Source: Deltaproteobacteria bacterium
GTDB taxonomy: Bacteria > Myxococcota_A > Polyangia > Polyangiales > B10-G4
Reading direction: 5' to 3'
Assembly: GCA_003647065.1 (NCBI GenBank)
Contig: QMMC01000001.1
Coordinates: forward strand, 1 to 55,170
Length of the DNA: 55,170 nt
Part shown: positions 44,847-52,805 of the stretch, one piece after another
Numbering within the stretch: the stretch's first letter is position 1
Layout: every line of letters begins with the position of its first letter
Made by a program: the position numbers and the translations under genes
The notes under the pieces: model-generated
What the model saw: only the letters and a program-made list of their open reading frames with translations
The model's database searches: none
What the model was told of the DNA's origin: nothing

Positions 44847-46546
44847 TCGACGTAGCCGAGGGCGCGCAGGCGTTCGACTACCTTTGCTGCGCCGTGGGCC
44901 GGGACCGGACGGCGGGTGCCCGGAGGCAGGGCCTCTGGCGCGTCCGGTGAGCCGGCGTCTGCGGTCTCTTCGAGGATCTCCCAGAGCACCCTCCCGGCGG
45001 CGTCCGGGGGGACGGCGACGTTCATGCGCGCGAGCAAGGTCGCCGTGACGTCGGCGATGCGCGCGTCGATCTCTCCCACCGGTGCGACGCGTGGTCCGGC
45101 GGCGGCGTAGAACCCTTTTGGGCGATGGCTCCCGGGAAGGCTCCGGCCCTTGCGGCCGAGGTATTCGTCCGGCGACAGGGAGCGAAACGGGGAGTTTCCG
45201 CGGGGTGCGGCAGCGCTCGGCATGAGGTTGTAGGTATGCCCGGTCTCGGTCGGGGCCAGGGTGAGCAAGAGGTCCGGCGCCCTGTCGATGTGGGGACCGT
45301 CGAAGAGTTCTTCCCGGGGCATCACTTTTTCGACGACTTGCAGACCCGTCGCCGGATCACGCAGCCCGAGCAGGGCGTCGGTTACGCGACGCTTCACCGC
45401 TTCGAGATCCTTCGCTTCGACCTGTCCCTCGGGGTCTCGGCCCTTCACGTTGAGCCAGAGCCCCGGGAAGTAGTTCAGCTCGTCGCTGAACGCGAGGGTC
45501 TGGCTGAAGTCGATGGCTCCGAAGCGCGCGCGCGATTCGAGCAAGCTCGGCAGGATCGTTCCTGCGGCGCGGAAGGCCCGGTCCCGGTAGCGCGGCGGCA
45601 GGAGCGTCAGCGCCGCGTTCTTCACGGCGTGGGCTGCCCGGCTCGAAATGCCCGCGTCTTTGAAACGAAGCAACCCCGCCTCGGCGAGGGCCCGGTTCAA
45701 GTAGACGACCCGGTCCGACGAGGCGCCGGAGCCGTGGTCGGAGAGGATCGAGATTTCGACGTTGGGCCCCGCCGCCTCGAGGAGCTCGCCGACGGCGCGG
45801 TCGAGGGCGGCGTAGACCCGGCCGAGGCCGTCCTGGTCCTTCTCGCTCACCCTCCGGGGCCTCCGGGGCGAGGTCTCGTCGTGCAGGCTCATCAGGTAGT
45901 GAGCCGCCGTATCGCTCTCGCCGAAGTAGAGCATGAAGAGGTCCCAGGGGTCTTCCGCGGGTCGGTCCCCGAGCAGCCAGCGACCGAGCTGGGTCTTCTT
46001 CTCGATGCGCTTCACCAACGCGTCCGGGAGCCGGCCATGCCAGCCTGGTTTCTCGGCGGCGAACTCGTCGACGTCGTCGAAGGACAGCGTGCCGAAGCGC
46101 GCGCTGATGCGGTCGTGGAGCTCCTTGGGCCAGCAGAAGCTCTGGTCTGCTTCGAAGGCGACCGGCGCGTCCCAGCCGCTCATGAAGGCCCCGCGACGGA
46201 GCTGCTCTGGGGGCCAGGTCGCCGGGAACGACAGACAGGCGACGGAGCGGCCGAGGTCGTCGAGGCGGGACGCGATGGTCGGCACCTCCCGCACGGTGCC
46301 GGCGGTGAATCGCACGCCGTAGCCGCGCCTCGTCGTGAAGTCGAAGACGCCGTGCACCCCGGGGTCGGCGCCGGTCAGGAAGGTCGTCCAGTTCGGCAGG
46401 GTGGCCGGGGGCTGGACACTCTCGAGGTGGGCGAAGGCGCCTTGGTCCATGATGTCGTGCAGCGTCGGCAGCCGCTCGGGGCCGAACTCTCGAATCAAAT
46501 CGAGGTCGGCCCCGTCGAGGCCGATGACGAGGTGGCGTGCGGGCAC
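44843..46546 (-). CDS. Alkaline-phosphatase-superfamily type I phosphodiesterase/nucleotide pyrophosphatase-like enzyme
   Basis: GLDGADLDL and ATLPNWTTFLTGADPGVHGV give the metal-site/nucleophile Thr context, and ILSDHG is present. GTG start. ATGA overlap with the downstream GT4 gene. Confidence 0.8.
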   Translation of the reverse strand: MPARHLVIGLDGADLDLIREFGPERLPTLHDIMDQGAFAHLESVQPPATLPNWTTFLTGADPGVHGVFDFTTRRGYGVRFTAGTVREVPTIASRLDDLGRSVACLSFPATWPPEQLRRGAFMSGWDAPVAFEADQSFCWPKELHDRISARFGTLSFDDVDEFAAEKPGWHGRLPDALVKRIEKKTQLGRWLLGDRPAEDPWDLFMLYFGESDTAAHYLMSLHDETSPRRPRRVSEKDQDGLGRVYAALDRAVGELLEAAGPNVEISILSDHGSGASSDRVVYLNRALAEAGLLRFKDAGISSRAAHAVKNAALTLLPPRYRDRAFRAAGTILPSLLESRARFGAIDFSQTLAFSDELNYFPGLWLNVKGRDPEGQVEAKDLEAVKRRVTDALLGLRDPATGLQVVEKVMPREELFDGPHIDRAPDLLLTLAPTETGHTYNLMPSAAAPRGNSPFRSLSPDEYLGRKGRSLPGSHRPKGFYAAAGPRVAPVGEIDARIADVTATLLARMNVAVPPDAAGRVLWEILEETADAGSPDAPEALPPGTRRPVPAHGAAKVVERLRALGYVE

Positions 46547-46565
46547 CGGCTAGGAGTCCGGGGCG

Positions 46566-48485
46566 CTACTGCGCAGCCGCCGCAGTAAGCAACTCGGTCA
46601 GCTTGCTGACGAGCCGGGTCGGGTCTTCGACGGGGCTGCCTTCGGCCAACAGCGCCTGGTCGTAGAGCACCTCGACGAAGGAATCTACCTTCTCGTCGTC
46701 TTTGCCGCCCTCGATGAGCTTGTTGAGGTTCTTCACCAGGGCATGGTCGGGGTTGACCTCGAGGATGCGCTTGCGCGTCGGCATGTCGGCGTTCTGCCCC
46801 CGCATCATGCGCTCGATGTGCGGCGGCAGGCCGCCCTCGGGGAGCACCAAGCAAACCGGCGAGCCGACGAGCCGCGACGATACCCGGACCTCTTCGACCT
46901 CTTCTTGCAGGACGGTGCGGAAGCGCCCGATCAGGTCGCCCATGGCCGCGTCCTTGTCGTCGTCCTTCTTGTCGTCGTCCTTCTTGTCGTCGTCGCCGAC
47001 CTCGTCCGCGAGCTTGAGGTCCGAGTCCATCGCCGAGATGAGCGGTTTGCCGTCGACCTCGCGCAGGCCCTCGACCGCGAACTGGTCGATGGGGTCGGTC
47101 ATCAGGAGCACCTCGTAGCCTCGCTTGGCGAGGACCTCGAGGTGCGGCGCGTTCTCGAGCAGCTTCCGGCTCGCGCCGGTGGCGTAGTAGATCGCCTGCT
47201 GGTCTTCTTTCATGCGCTCGACGTACTCGGGGAGCGTAGTGAGCCCCTCGGAGTCGGTGCTCTGCCAGCGAATCACCTTGGTGAGGCGCTTCACCTCGCC
47301 GGGCTCGTAGTGCAGGCCCTCCTTGATGACCGCACCGTACTTCTCCCAGAAGGCATCTCCGTCGTCGCCGCTCGCCACCTCCTCGACCATTTCGAGGGCG
47401 TACTTCACGACCTGCTTGCGAATCGTCTTCACCAGCCGCGAGTCCTGGAGCAGCTCCCGGCTCACGTTGAGGGGCAGGTCCTCGGAGTCGATGACGCCGC
47501 GCATGAAGCGCAGCCACTTCGGAAGCAACTCCTCGCAGTCCTCCATGATGAAGACGCGCTTCACGTGCAGCCGAACGCCATGGTTCGACTGGGGCGAGAA
47601 GAGGTCGAAGGGCGGCCGGCTCGGGACGAAGAGCAGCCCGGTGAAGAGCTGGGTTCCCTCGATCTTGAAATGGCGCCGAGCGAGGGGCGGCTCCCAGTCG
47701 TGGGTCAGGTGGTGATAGAACTCGTTGTACTCTTCGTCTTTGATCTCGGACTTCGGGCGGATCCAGAGCGCTCCCTTGGCGTTGACCCGCTCCCACTCCT
47801 TTTCGGTCTTGGCGTCTTCGCCCTCGCCGACGGTCTTTTCGACCTCGAGCTCGATGGCATGGTCGACGTAGTCCGAGTAGCGCTTGATCAGCTCCTGGAG
47901 AGTCCAGGTCTTGAGGAAGTCCTTCTGGTCTTCCTTGAGATGGAGGATCAGGTCCGTGCCGCGAGTCTCTCGCTCGGCGGCTTCGATGGTGAAGCTCTCT
48001 TTGCCGTCCGAGGTCCAGCGGAACGCCTCGTCGGTGCCGGCGGCGCGGCTCACCACGTCGACTCGGTCCGCGACCAGGTAAGCGCTATAGAAGCCGACAC
48101 CGAACTGCCCGATGAGGTTCACGTCGTCCTTCGCCGCGTCCTCGAGCTTCGAGATGAAGTCCTGGGAGCCCGAGTGGGCGACGGTGCCCAGGTTCTCTTC
48201 GAGCTCGGCCCGGGTCATGCCGACGCCCGTGTCGGAGATGGTCAGGGTGCCGGCCCCCTGATCAGCGCTCACCCGTACGTGCAGCGCTTCGCCCTCGAGG
48301 AGGGCGGGCTCGGCGATGCCGCGGAAACGCAGCTTGTCGAGGGCGTCCGAGGAGTTCGAGATGAGCTCCCGGAGGAAGATCTCTTTGTTCGAGTAGAGGC
48401 TGTTGATTACGAGGGATAGGACCCGCGTCACCGACGCCTGGAACTGATGGGTGGTCGCTTCGGTTTCAGTCTTCGTTTCCGTCAT
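46566..48485 (-). CDS. htpG: Molecular chaperone HtpG (Hsp90)
   Basis: LINSLYSNKEIFLRELISNSSDALDK and GQFGVGFYSAYLVAD are the GHKL ATPase motifs. The charged linker is DDDKKDDDKKDDDKD. Full length, 639 aa. Confidence 0.97.
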   Translation of the reverse strand: MTETKTETEATTHQFQASVTRVLSLVINSLYSNKEIFLRELISNSSDALDKLRFRGIAEPALLEGEALHVRVSADQGAGTLTISDTGVGMTRAELEENLGTVAHSGSQDFISKLEDAAKDDVNLIGQFGVGFYSAYLVADRVDVVSRAAGTDEAFRWTSDGKESFTIEAAERETRGTDLILHLKEDQKDFLKTWTLQELIKRYSDYVDHAIELEVEKTVGEGEDAKTEKEWERVNAKGALWIRPKSEIKDEEYNEFYHHLTHDWEPPLARRHFKIEGTQLFTGLLFVPSRPPFDLFSPQSNHGVRLHVKRVFIMEDCEELLPKWLRFMRGVIDSEDLPLNVSRELLQDSRLVKTIRKQVVKYALEMVEEVASGDDGDAFWEKYGAVIKEGLHYEPGEVKRLTKVIRWQSTDSEGLTTLPEYVERMKEDQQAIYYATGASRKLLENAPHLEVLAKRGYEVLLMTDPIDQFAVEGLREVDGKPLISAMDSDLKLADEVGDDDKKDDDKKDDDKDAAMGDLIGRFRTVLQEEVEEVRVSSRLVGSPVCLVLPEGGLPPHIERMMRGQNADMPTRKRILEVNPDHALVKNLNKLIEGGKDDEKVDSFVEVLYDQALLAEGSPVEDPTRLVSKLTELLTAAAAQ

Positions 48486-48493
48486 GGCGGCCG

Positions 48494-48522
48494 AAATGTG
48501 CGGATTCTCGGCGAGGTGTCAA
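48494..48522 (-). promoter_or_regulatory. Candidate heat-shock/sigma-70-like promoter of htpG (TTGACA-N14/16-CCGCACATTT)
   Basis: The minus strand reads GTTGACACCTCGCCGAGAATCCGCACATTT. The -35 is perfect. The -10 region resembles the sigma-32 CCCCATnT pattern only loosely. It ends about 9 nt before the ATG, which would imply a near-leaderless mRNA. Confidence 0.3.
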
Positions 48523-48554
48523 CGGCCCACCTCATTCGAACAGCCGGAACCGGT

Positions 48555-48570
48555 TGTGTGATCTCACACA
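48555..48570. promoter_or_regulatory. Perfect 16-bp palindrome TGTGTGA-TC-TCACACA in the htpG / DUF1592 divergent intergenic region
   Basis: Read directly. It is flanked by CAGCC...GGCTG, allowing an extended stem. It is neither CIRCE nor HAIR. Confidence 0.45.
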
Positions 48571-48625
48571 GGGCTGTTACCCTGCGATTTCGAGGCCGGC
48601 AGATGTTTCGGCGGGAGCGGGAGAG

Positions 48626-50332
48626 GTGCGGTTGGTGCGAAGGGTGGGCGCGGTCCTCATCTCGATGCTGCTCCCGGCCTTGGTGCTGGGCGGGTGCCGG
48701 GGTTCCATCTCCGAGCCGGGGAATCTGCCACCGGGGACGACCGGGGGCCCGGATGCCGGGACCCCAGTCGTCTGCGATGGCACTTCGCTCCGGCCCGGGC
48801 GCGCGCCGATTCGCCGGCTCACCGTCGGTGAATACGACAATACGGTCCGGGACCTCTTCGGAGATGCGACGGCCCCAGCGACGCGCCTCGTCGACAATGA
48901 ACGCGGCGAGCTGAGCGCCGACGCCCGGAGTGTGTCGACCCTGCTCGCCGAGCAGTACATGTTCGCCGCCGAAGACGTCGCGGCGCGGCTCACCGAGGCC
49001 TCGGCCCTCGATGGGGCCCTAGGCTGCGACCGGGCGACCCTCGGCGACGACGACTGCGCTCAGGCGTTCATCGACCGCGTCGGGCCCCGGGCCTATCGAC
49101 GTCCCCTCGACGTCGGTGAGTCCGCCGCGCTCTACGCGCTCTACGAGGCGGGCCGCGACGACGGCGGCTTCGAGGTGGGCATTCAGTTGGTCCTCGAGTT
49201 GGTCCTCCAGTCGCCGAGCTTCCTCTATCGCGTCGAGATCGTGCCGACCGACGGCGAGGCGGTGGTGCGCCTCGACGGCTACCAGCTCGCGACCCGGCTC
49301 AGCTACTTCTTCTGGTCGACGACCCCCGACGAGGCGCTGCTGACGGCGGCCGAAGGCGGCGCCCTCGATACGGATGAAGGTTTCGAGGTGGAGGTTCGGC
49401 GGCTCCTCGCCGATCCCCGGGCCGAGGAGGTCATGCAGGCGTTCTTCGCGCGGCTGCTCGAGCTCGACAAACTCGACGCCCTCGAGAAGGACCCCGAGCT
49501 CTTCCCGGAGTTTGACGCCACCACGCCGGAACTCTTCCGCGAAGAGACCAGAGCCTTCATCCGCGAGGTCCTCGTCGACGGCGATGGGAGCTGGGTGACC
49601 CTCATGACCGCTCCCTGGTCGATGATGAACGCGGACCTCGCGGCGTACTACGGCGTCACGGGACCGACCGGGGAGACCTTCGAGCGCGTCGACCTCGACC
49701 CCGCCCATCACGCCGGCCTGCTCACCCACGGAAGCTCTACCGCCACTCGGGCCCGCATCTACGAGAACTCGCCGGTGCACCGCGGCATGTTCATCCGTGG
49801 CAACATCATGTGCGGTCACATCCCCGATCTCCCCGAGGGCCTCGAAGTAATGCTGCCCCCGCCGGACCCGACCCAAACCACCCGAGAACGCTTTGCCGCC
49901 CACCGGGCCGATCCGGTCTGCGCGGCCTGCCACGCTCAGCTCGACCCCTTGGGTTTCGCCTTCGAACATTTCGACGCCGCCGGCCGGTTCAGGCTCACGG
50001 AGAATGGCCGAGATATCGATGCGAGCGGGGAGCTCACCGACCCCGAACATCTAGACCCCGAGACTGCGCCTCGCTTCGAGAGCGTCACCGGGTTGGCGGC
50101 GCTCCTCGTCGCCCACGAGGACACCCAGGCGTGTTTCGCGCAGCGATGGTTCCCCCAGGCCTTCGGCCGGGCGAGTTCGTTCCACGACGAGTGCGCCATC
50201 GAGGTGATGCTCGAGCGCTTCCGCGGTCGAGACTTCGACGTGCGTGAGCTCTTGGTGGCGGTCGCTCTCTCCGAGACGTTCCTCAACCGAGTGGCCGACC
50301 AGGACACCCTGCGCACGGAGGTGACGCCATGA
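48626..50332 (+). CDS. DUF1587/DUF1592/DUF1595/DUF1588/DUF1585-type exported protein with CxxCH haem-binding motif; probable lipoprotein
   Basis: VLISMLLPALVLGGC lipobox. RRLTVGEYDNTVRDLFGD is the typical family N-terminus. CAACH lies at 49919-49933. The start is ambiguous (GTG 48626, TTG 48632 or GTG 48635). Confidence 0.8.
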   Translation: MRLVRRVGAVLISMLLPALVLGGCRGSISEPGNLPPGTTGGPDAGTPVVCDGTSLRPGRAPIRRLTVGEYDNTVRDLFGDATAPATRLVDNERGELSADARSVSTLLAEQYMFAAEDVAARLTEASALDGALGCDRATLGDDDCAQAFIDRVGPRAYRRPLDVGESAALYALYEAGRDDGGFEVGIQLVLELVLQSPSFLYRVEIVPTDGEAVVRLDGYQLATRLSYFFWSTTPDEALLTAAEGGALDTDEGFEVEVRRLLADPRAEEVMQAFFARLLELDKLDALEKDPELFPEFDATTPELFREETRAFIREVLVDGDGSWVTLMTAPWSMMNADLAAYYGVTGPTGETFERVDLDPAHHAGLLTHGSSTATRARIYENSPVHRGMFIRGNIMCGHIPDLPEGLEVMLPPPDPTQTTRERFAAHRADPVCAACHAQLDPLGFAFEHFDAAGRFRLTENGRDIDASGELTDPEHLDPETAPRFESVTGLAALLVAHEDTQACFAQRWFPQAFGRASSFHDECAIEVMLERFRGRDFDVRELLVAVALSETFLNRVADQDTLRTEVTP

Positions 50333-51702
50333 CCAAGAAGCTCTCTCGGCGTACGCTCCTTCGAGGCGCTGGCGGCGTCGCCATCTCGTTGCCGTTCCTC
50401 GAGGCGATGCTCGAGCGCAACCGCAGCGTCGCCCAGGTCGGCGCCATCCCGAAGCGCGTCATCTTCTTTTTCACCTCGTGCGGAGTGGTCCCCGACACCT
50501 GGTGGCCCACCTCTGGCGGTGAGCGCGACTTCGTGCTCAATCGTGCGCATCGGGCTCTCGAACCGCTGCGCGACAAGATCCTCCTCCCCGACGGGGTGCG
50601 CATGGACACCGCGACGAACGACAGCGTCGGGCGCAATGGCCACGACAAGGGCACGGCGCATTGCCTCACCGCGACCAATGTCGTCGAGGGGCCGAGCGGC
50701 GTCGGCGAGTTTGGTCACCTCTGGGATGGCACCGCCGGCGGCATCTCCATCGACCAGCACATCGCCAACTACCTCGAAGGCGAGACGCCCTATCGCAGTC
50801 TCGAGTTCGGGGTTCGTGCGGAGGGCATCCGCCAAGCTTTGCCGAGCCGCATCTCGTACCGCGGCGAAGGGGAGGCGGTCATCCCGCGTCACGACCCCGC
50901 CGTGGCCTTCGACCAGATCTTCGCTCCCCTCGCGGGCGGAGTCGACGCGGCCGCGGCCCGCCAGCGGCGCCGGGAGTTGGTGCTCTCGGCGGTGCGCGGC
51001 GACCTCGGACGCCTCGAAGGTCGCCTCGGGTACGAAGACCGCTTGCGCATCCAGGCCCACACCGCGTCCATCGAAGAGCTCGAGCGTCAGCTCGGCGACC
51101 TCGCCGGCGCCGGGGCCTGCACCGTCCCGACCCGCCCCGGGGGCATCGGTGACCGCGACTATCCGCTCATCGGCCGAGCCCAAATGGACCTCATCGTGCA
51201 CTCCCTGAAGTGCGACCTGACCCGCGTCGCTTCGATCCAGTGGTCCACCGGCCAATCGGGCATCCGCATGGACTGGGCCGGTCACGCGGCGAGCCACCAC
51301 GGCATCTCCCACGAGGTCGGCGACCTCCCGACGGACTGGGACGCGGGGAAGAACTGGCGCCAGGCGGCGACCGAGATCGACACCTGGTACGCCGAGCAAT
51401 ACGCCTACCTGCTCACCTCGCTCGACGCCATCGACGCCGGGGACGGCACGACGCTCCTCGACAACACGGTGGTGGTCTGGGTCAACGAGCAAGAGCAGGA
51501 CATCGACAATACGCATCGCTGGACCCGCATGCCGTACATCCTCGGCGGCAGCTGCGGCGGCTACTTCGACGTCGGGCGCTACGTGAACGTGGACGCCCGC
51601 CACGGCGAGGTCTTCGTCGATGTGATGAAGGCGATGGGAATGCCGGACGATACGTTTGGAGATCCGACGCATTGCGACGGACCGGTCAGCGGGCTGACGT
51701 GA
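50329..51702 (+). CDS. DUF1552-family Tat-exported protein
   Basis: ATGA overlap with the upstream gene. The twin-arginine signal is MTKKLSRRTLLRGAGGVAISLPFLEA. It is the conserved partner of DUF1592-type genes. Confidence 0.85.
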   Translation: MTKKLSRRTLLRGAGGVAISLPFLEAMLERNRSVAQVGAIPKRVIFFFTSCGVVPDTWWPTSGGERDFVLNRAHRALEPLRDKILLPDGVRMDTATNDSVGRNGHDKGTAHCLTATNVVEGPSGVGEFGHLWDGTAGGISIDQHIANYLEGETPYRSLEFGVRAEGIRQALPSRISYRGEGEAVIPRHDPAVAFDQIFAPLAGGVDAAAARQRRRELVLSAVRGDLGRLEGRLGYEDRLRIQAHTASIEELERQLGDLAGAGACTVPTRPGGIGDRDYPLIGRAQMDLIVHSLKCDLTRVASIQWSTGQSGIRMDWAGHAASHHGISHEVGDLPTDWDAGKNWRQAATEIDTWYAEQYAYLLTSLDAIDAGDGTTLLDNTVVVWVNEQEQDIDNTHRWTRMPYILGGSCGGYFDVGRYVNVDARHGEVFVDVMKAMGMPDDTFGDPTHCDGPVSGLT

Positions 51703-51752
51703 CTAGTGTGTGATTCATAGTCACGGGAGGGATCGGAGCATTCGCTCTCGAA

Positions 51753-52067
51753 ATGCGAAAGCGGGAACGATGGTACGCTCTCTCCGTGTCGTTTCGCCGG
51801 TCCGAAGAGGACTATCCGGGTGGCTCGCGTTGGCGGGCGAAGAACCGGTCACGCCTACTTCATGCAGGTATGCCGGACCGCCTCCTCTCGTCCGATCGAG
51901 TTCTGACCTACGTCTTGTTGCACGGGCGCGACGAGCACGGATGGGACTCGTGGCAATTGACGACTGCGCAAGCGCTACGGCTGCTTGATCTACTTCGTGA
52001 GACGATCAGCGACCCGACAGGTTACGAGATGATTTCTGACCTCGAGCGGCGACTTGCCATGCGGTGA
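51753..52067 (+). CDS. Hypothetical small protein (possibly only the 65-aa C-terminal part from M at 51870)
   Basis: ORF only. Moderate GC3, no recognisable motif. It lies in the lower-GC islet. Confidence 0.3.
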   Translation: MRKRERWYALSVSFRRSEEDYPGGSRWRAKNRSRLLHAGMPDRLLSSDRVLTYVLLHGRDEHGWDSWQLTTAQALRLLDLLRETISDPTGYEMISDLERRLAMR

Positions 52068-52177
52068 TTTGTACCGGGCAGGCCAGTAGAATGTACGGGA
52101 ATCCCGCGGGTGCTCAACCACTGGCGTGGACTCGAGAGTGTGCCTGAAGGTGGCAGTCCCCATGCTACAGTTCCTCT

Positions 52178-52369
52178 GTGAAGAAGGTGATCCGCGTAGT
52201 CAGTCTCGACGAGCAGGATGAGGCTGCGAAGGAAATCCGATCTCGGTCGACCGCTGTCGAACGCTTCTTCGAGGTCGAAGCAATTCGCCGAGCGGCATGG
52301 GAGCTCTATGGAAAGCCTGACCACGGACTGGAAAGAGTTCTTAGGGTTGTTGCTTTCCCACCGAGTTGA
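52178..52369 (+). CDS. Hypothetical 63-aa protein upstream of, and overlapping, the nucleotidyltransferase-like gene
   Basis: GTG start. The sequence is MKKVIRVVSLDEQDEAAKEIRSRS...LERVLRVV. The last 62 nt overlap the next gene in another frame, where this ORF has poorer GC3. Confidence 0.35.
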   Translation: MKKVIRVVSLDEQDEAAKEIRSRSTAVERFFEVEAIRRAAWELYGKPDHGLERVLRVVAFPPS

Positions 52370-52772
52370 GTTCCTGCTCATCGGTGGTCACGCACTGGCG
52401 GTTCATGCCCAGGCCAGGTTCACCGAGGACCTGGACGTATTCGTAGACGCTTCACCCGAAAACGCGGCCCGTCTCCTCGCAGCGCTTCGGGACTTCGGCT
52501 TCGGAGCTGTCGCCCCTTCGGTCGAAGAGCTGGCGACCAAAGACAAGGTGTTCATGTTGGGTGAAAAGCCCTACCGAATTGATGTCCTCACCACGATTTC
52601 CGGTGTGGAGTTCAGCGATGCCTGGAGGGACCGAGTTTTCCTCGACCTCGAGATGGGTCGGATCCCGACGATCGACCGACAGTCCTTCATCCGCAACAAG
52701 CGGGCGTCGGGCCGACCCAAGGATCTCGCCGATCTGGCAATGCTCGAGGCCTCGGAGCCAGACGACGGTTAG
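52308..52772 (+). CDS. Minimal nucleotidyltransferase-fold (MNT-like) protein
   Basis: GGHALAVHAQARFTEDLDVFV fits hG[GS]-x9-13-Dh[DE]h. The length of about 154 aa is typical of stand-alone NTase-fold proteins. The C-terminal RPKDLADL motif is also present. Confidence 0.65.
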   Translation: MESLTTDWKEFLGLLLSHRVEFLLIGGHALAVHAQARFTEDLDVFVDASPENAARLLAALRDFGFGAVAPSVEELATKDKVFMLGEKPYRIDVLTTISGVEFSDAWRDRVFLDLEMGRIPTIDRQSFIRNKRASGRPKDLADLAMLEASEPDDG

Positions 52773-52805
52773 ACGACCGACAGCCGTCGCGGGCCGGCCG
52801 TGAGC

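Noticed and set aside
46951-46995. 15-bp tandem repeat in htpG encoding KKDDD units
   Set aside because: It corresponds to the normal charged linker of Hsp90-family proteins and is not an anomaly.
45125-48419. 487-aa and 558-aa plus-strand ORFs, and the 433-aa minus-strand off-frame ORF 46495-47796
   Set aside because: They are antisense or off-frame to the phosphodiesterase gene and htpG and lack motifs.
49936-51672. 578-aa minus-strand ORF
   Set aside because: Antisense to the DUF1592/DUF1552 pair, which have signal peptides and family-typical motifs.
52070-52103. Sigma-70-like promoter (TTGTAC ... TAGAAT) ahead of the 63-aa ORF
   Set aside because: The TTGTAC-to-TAGAAT spacing is only 12 nt. 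The alternative -35 at 17 nt (GTGATT) is poor. The evidence is insufficient to call a feature.
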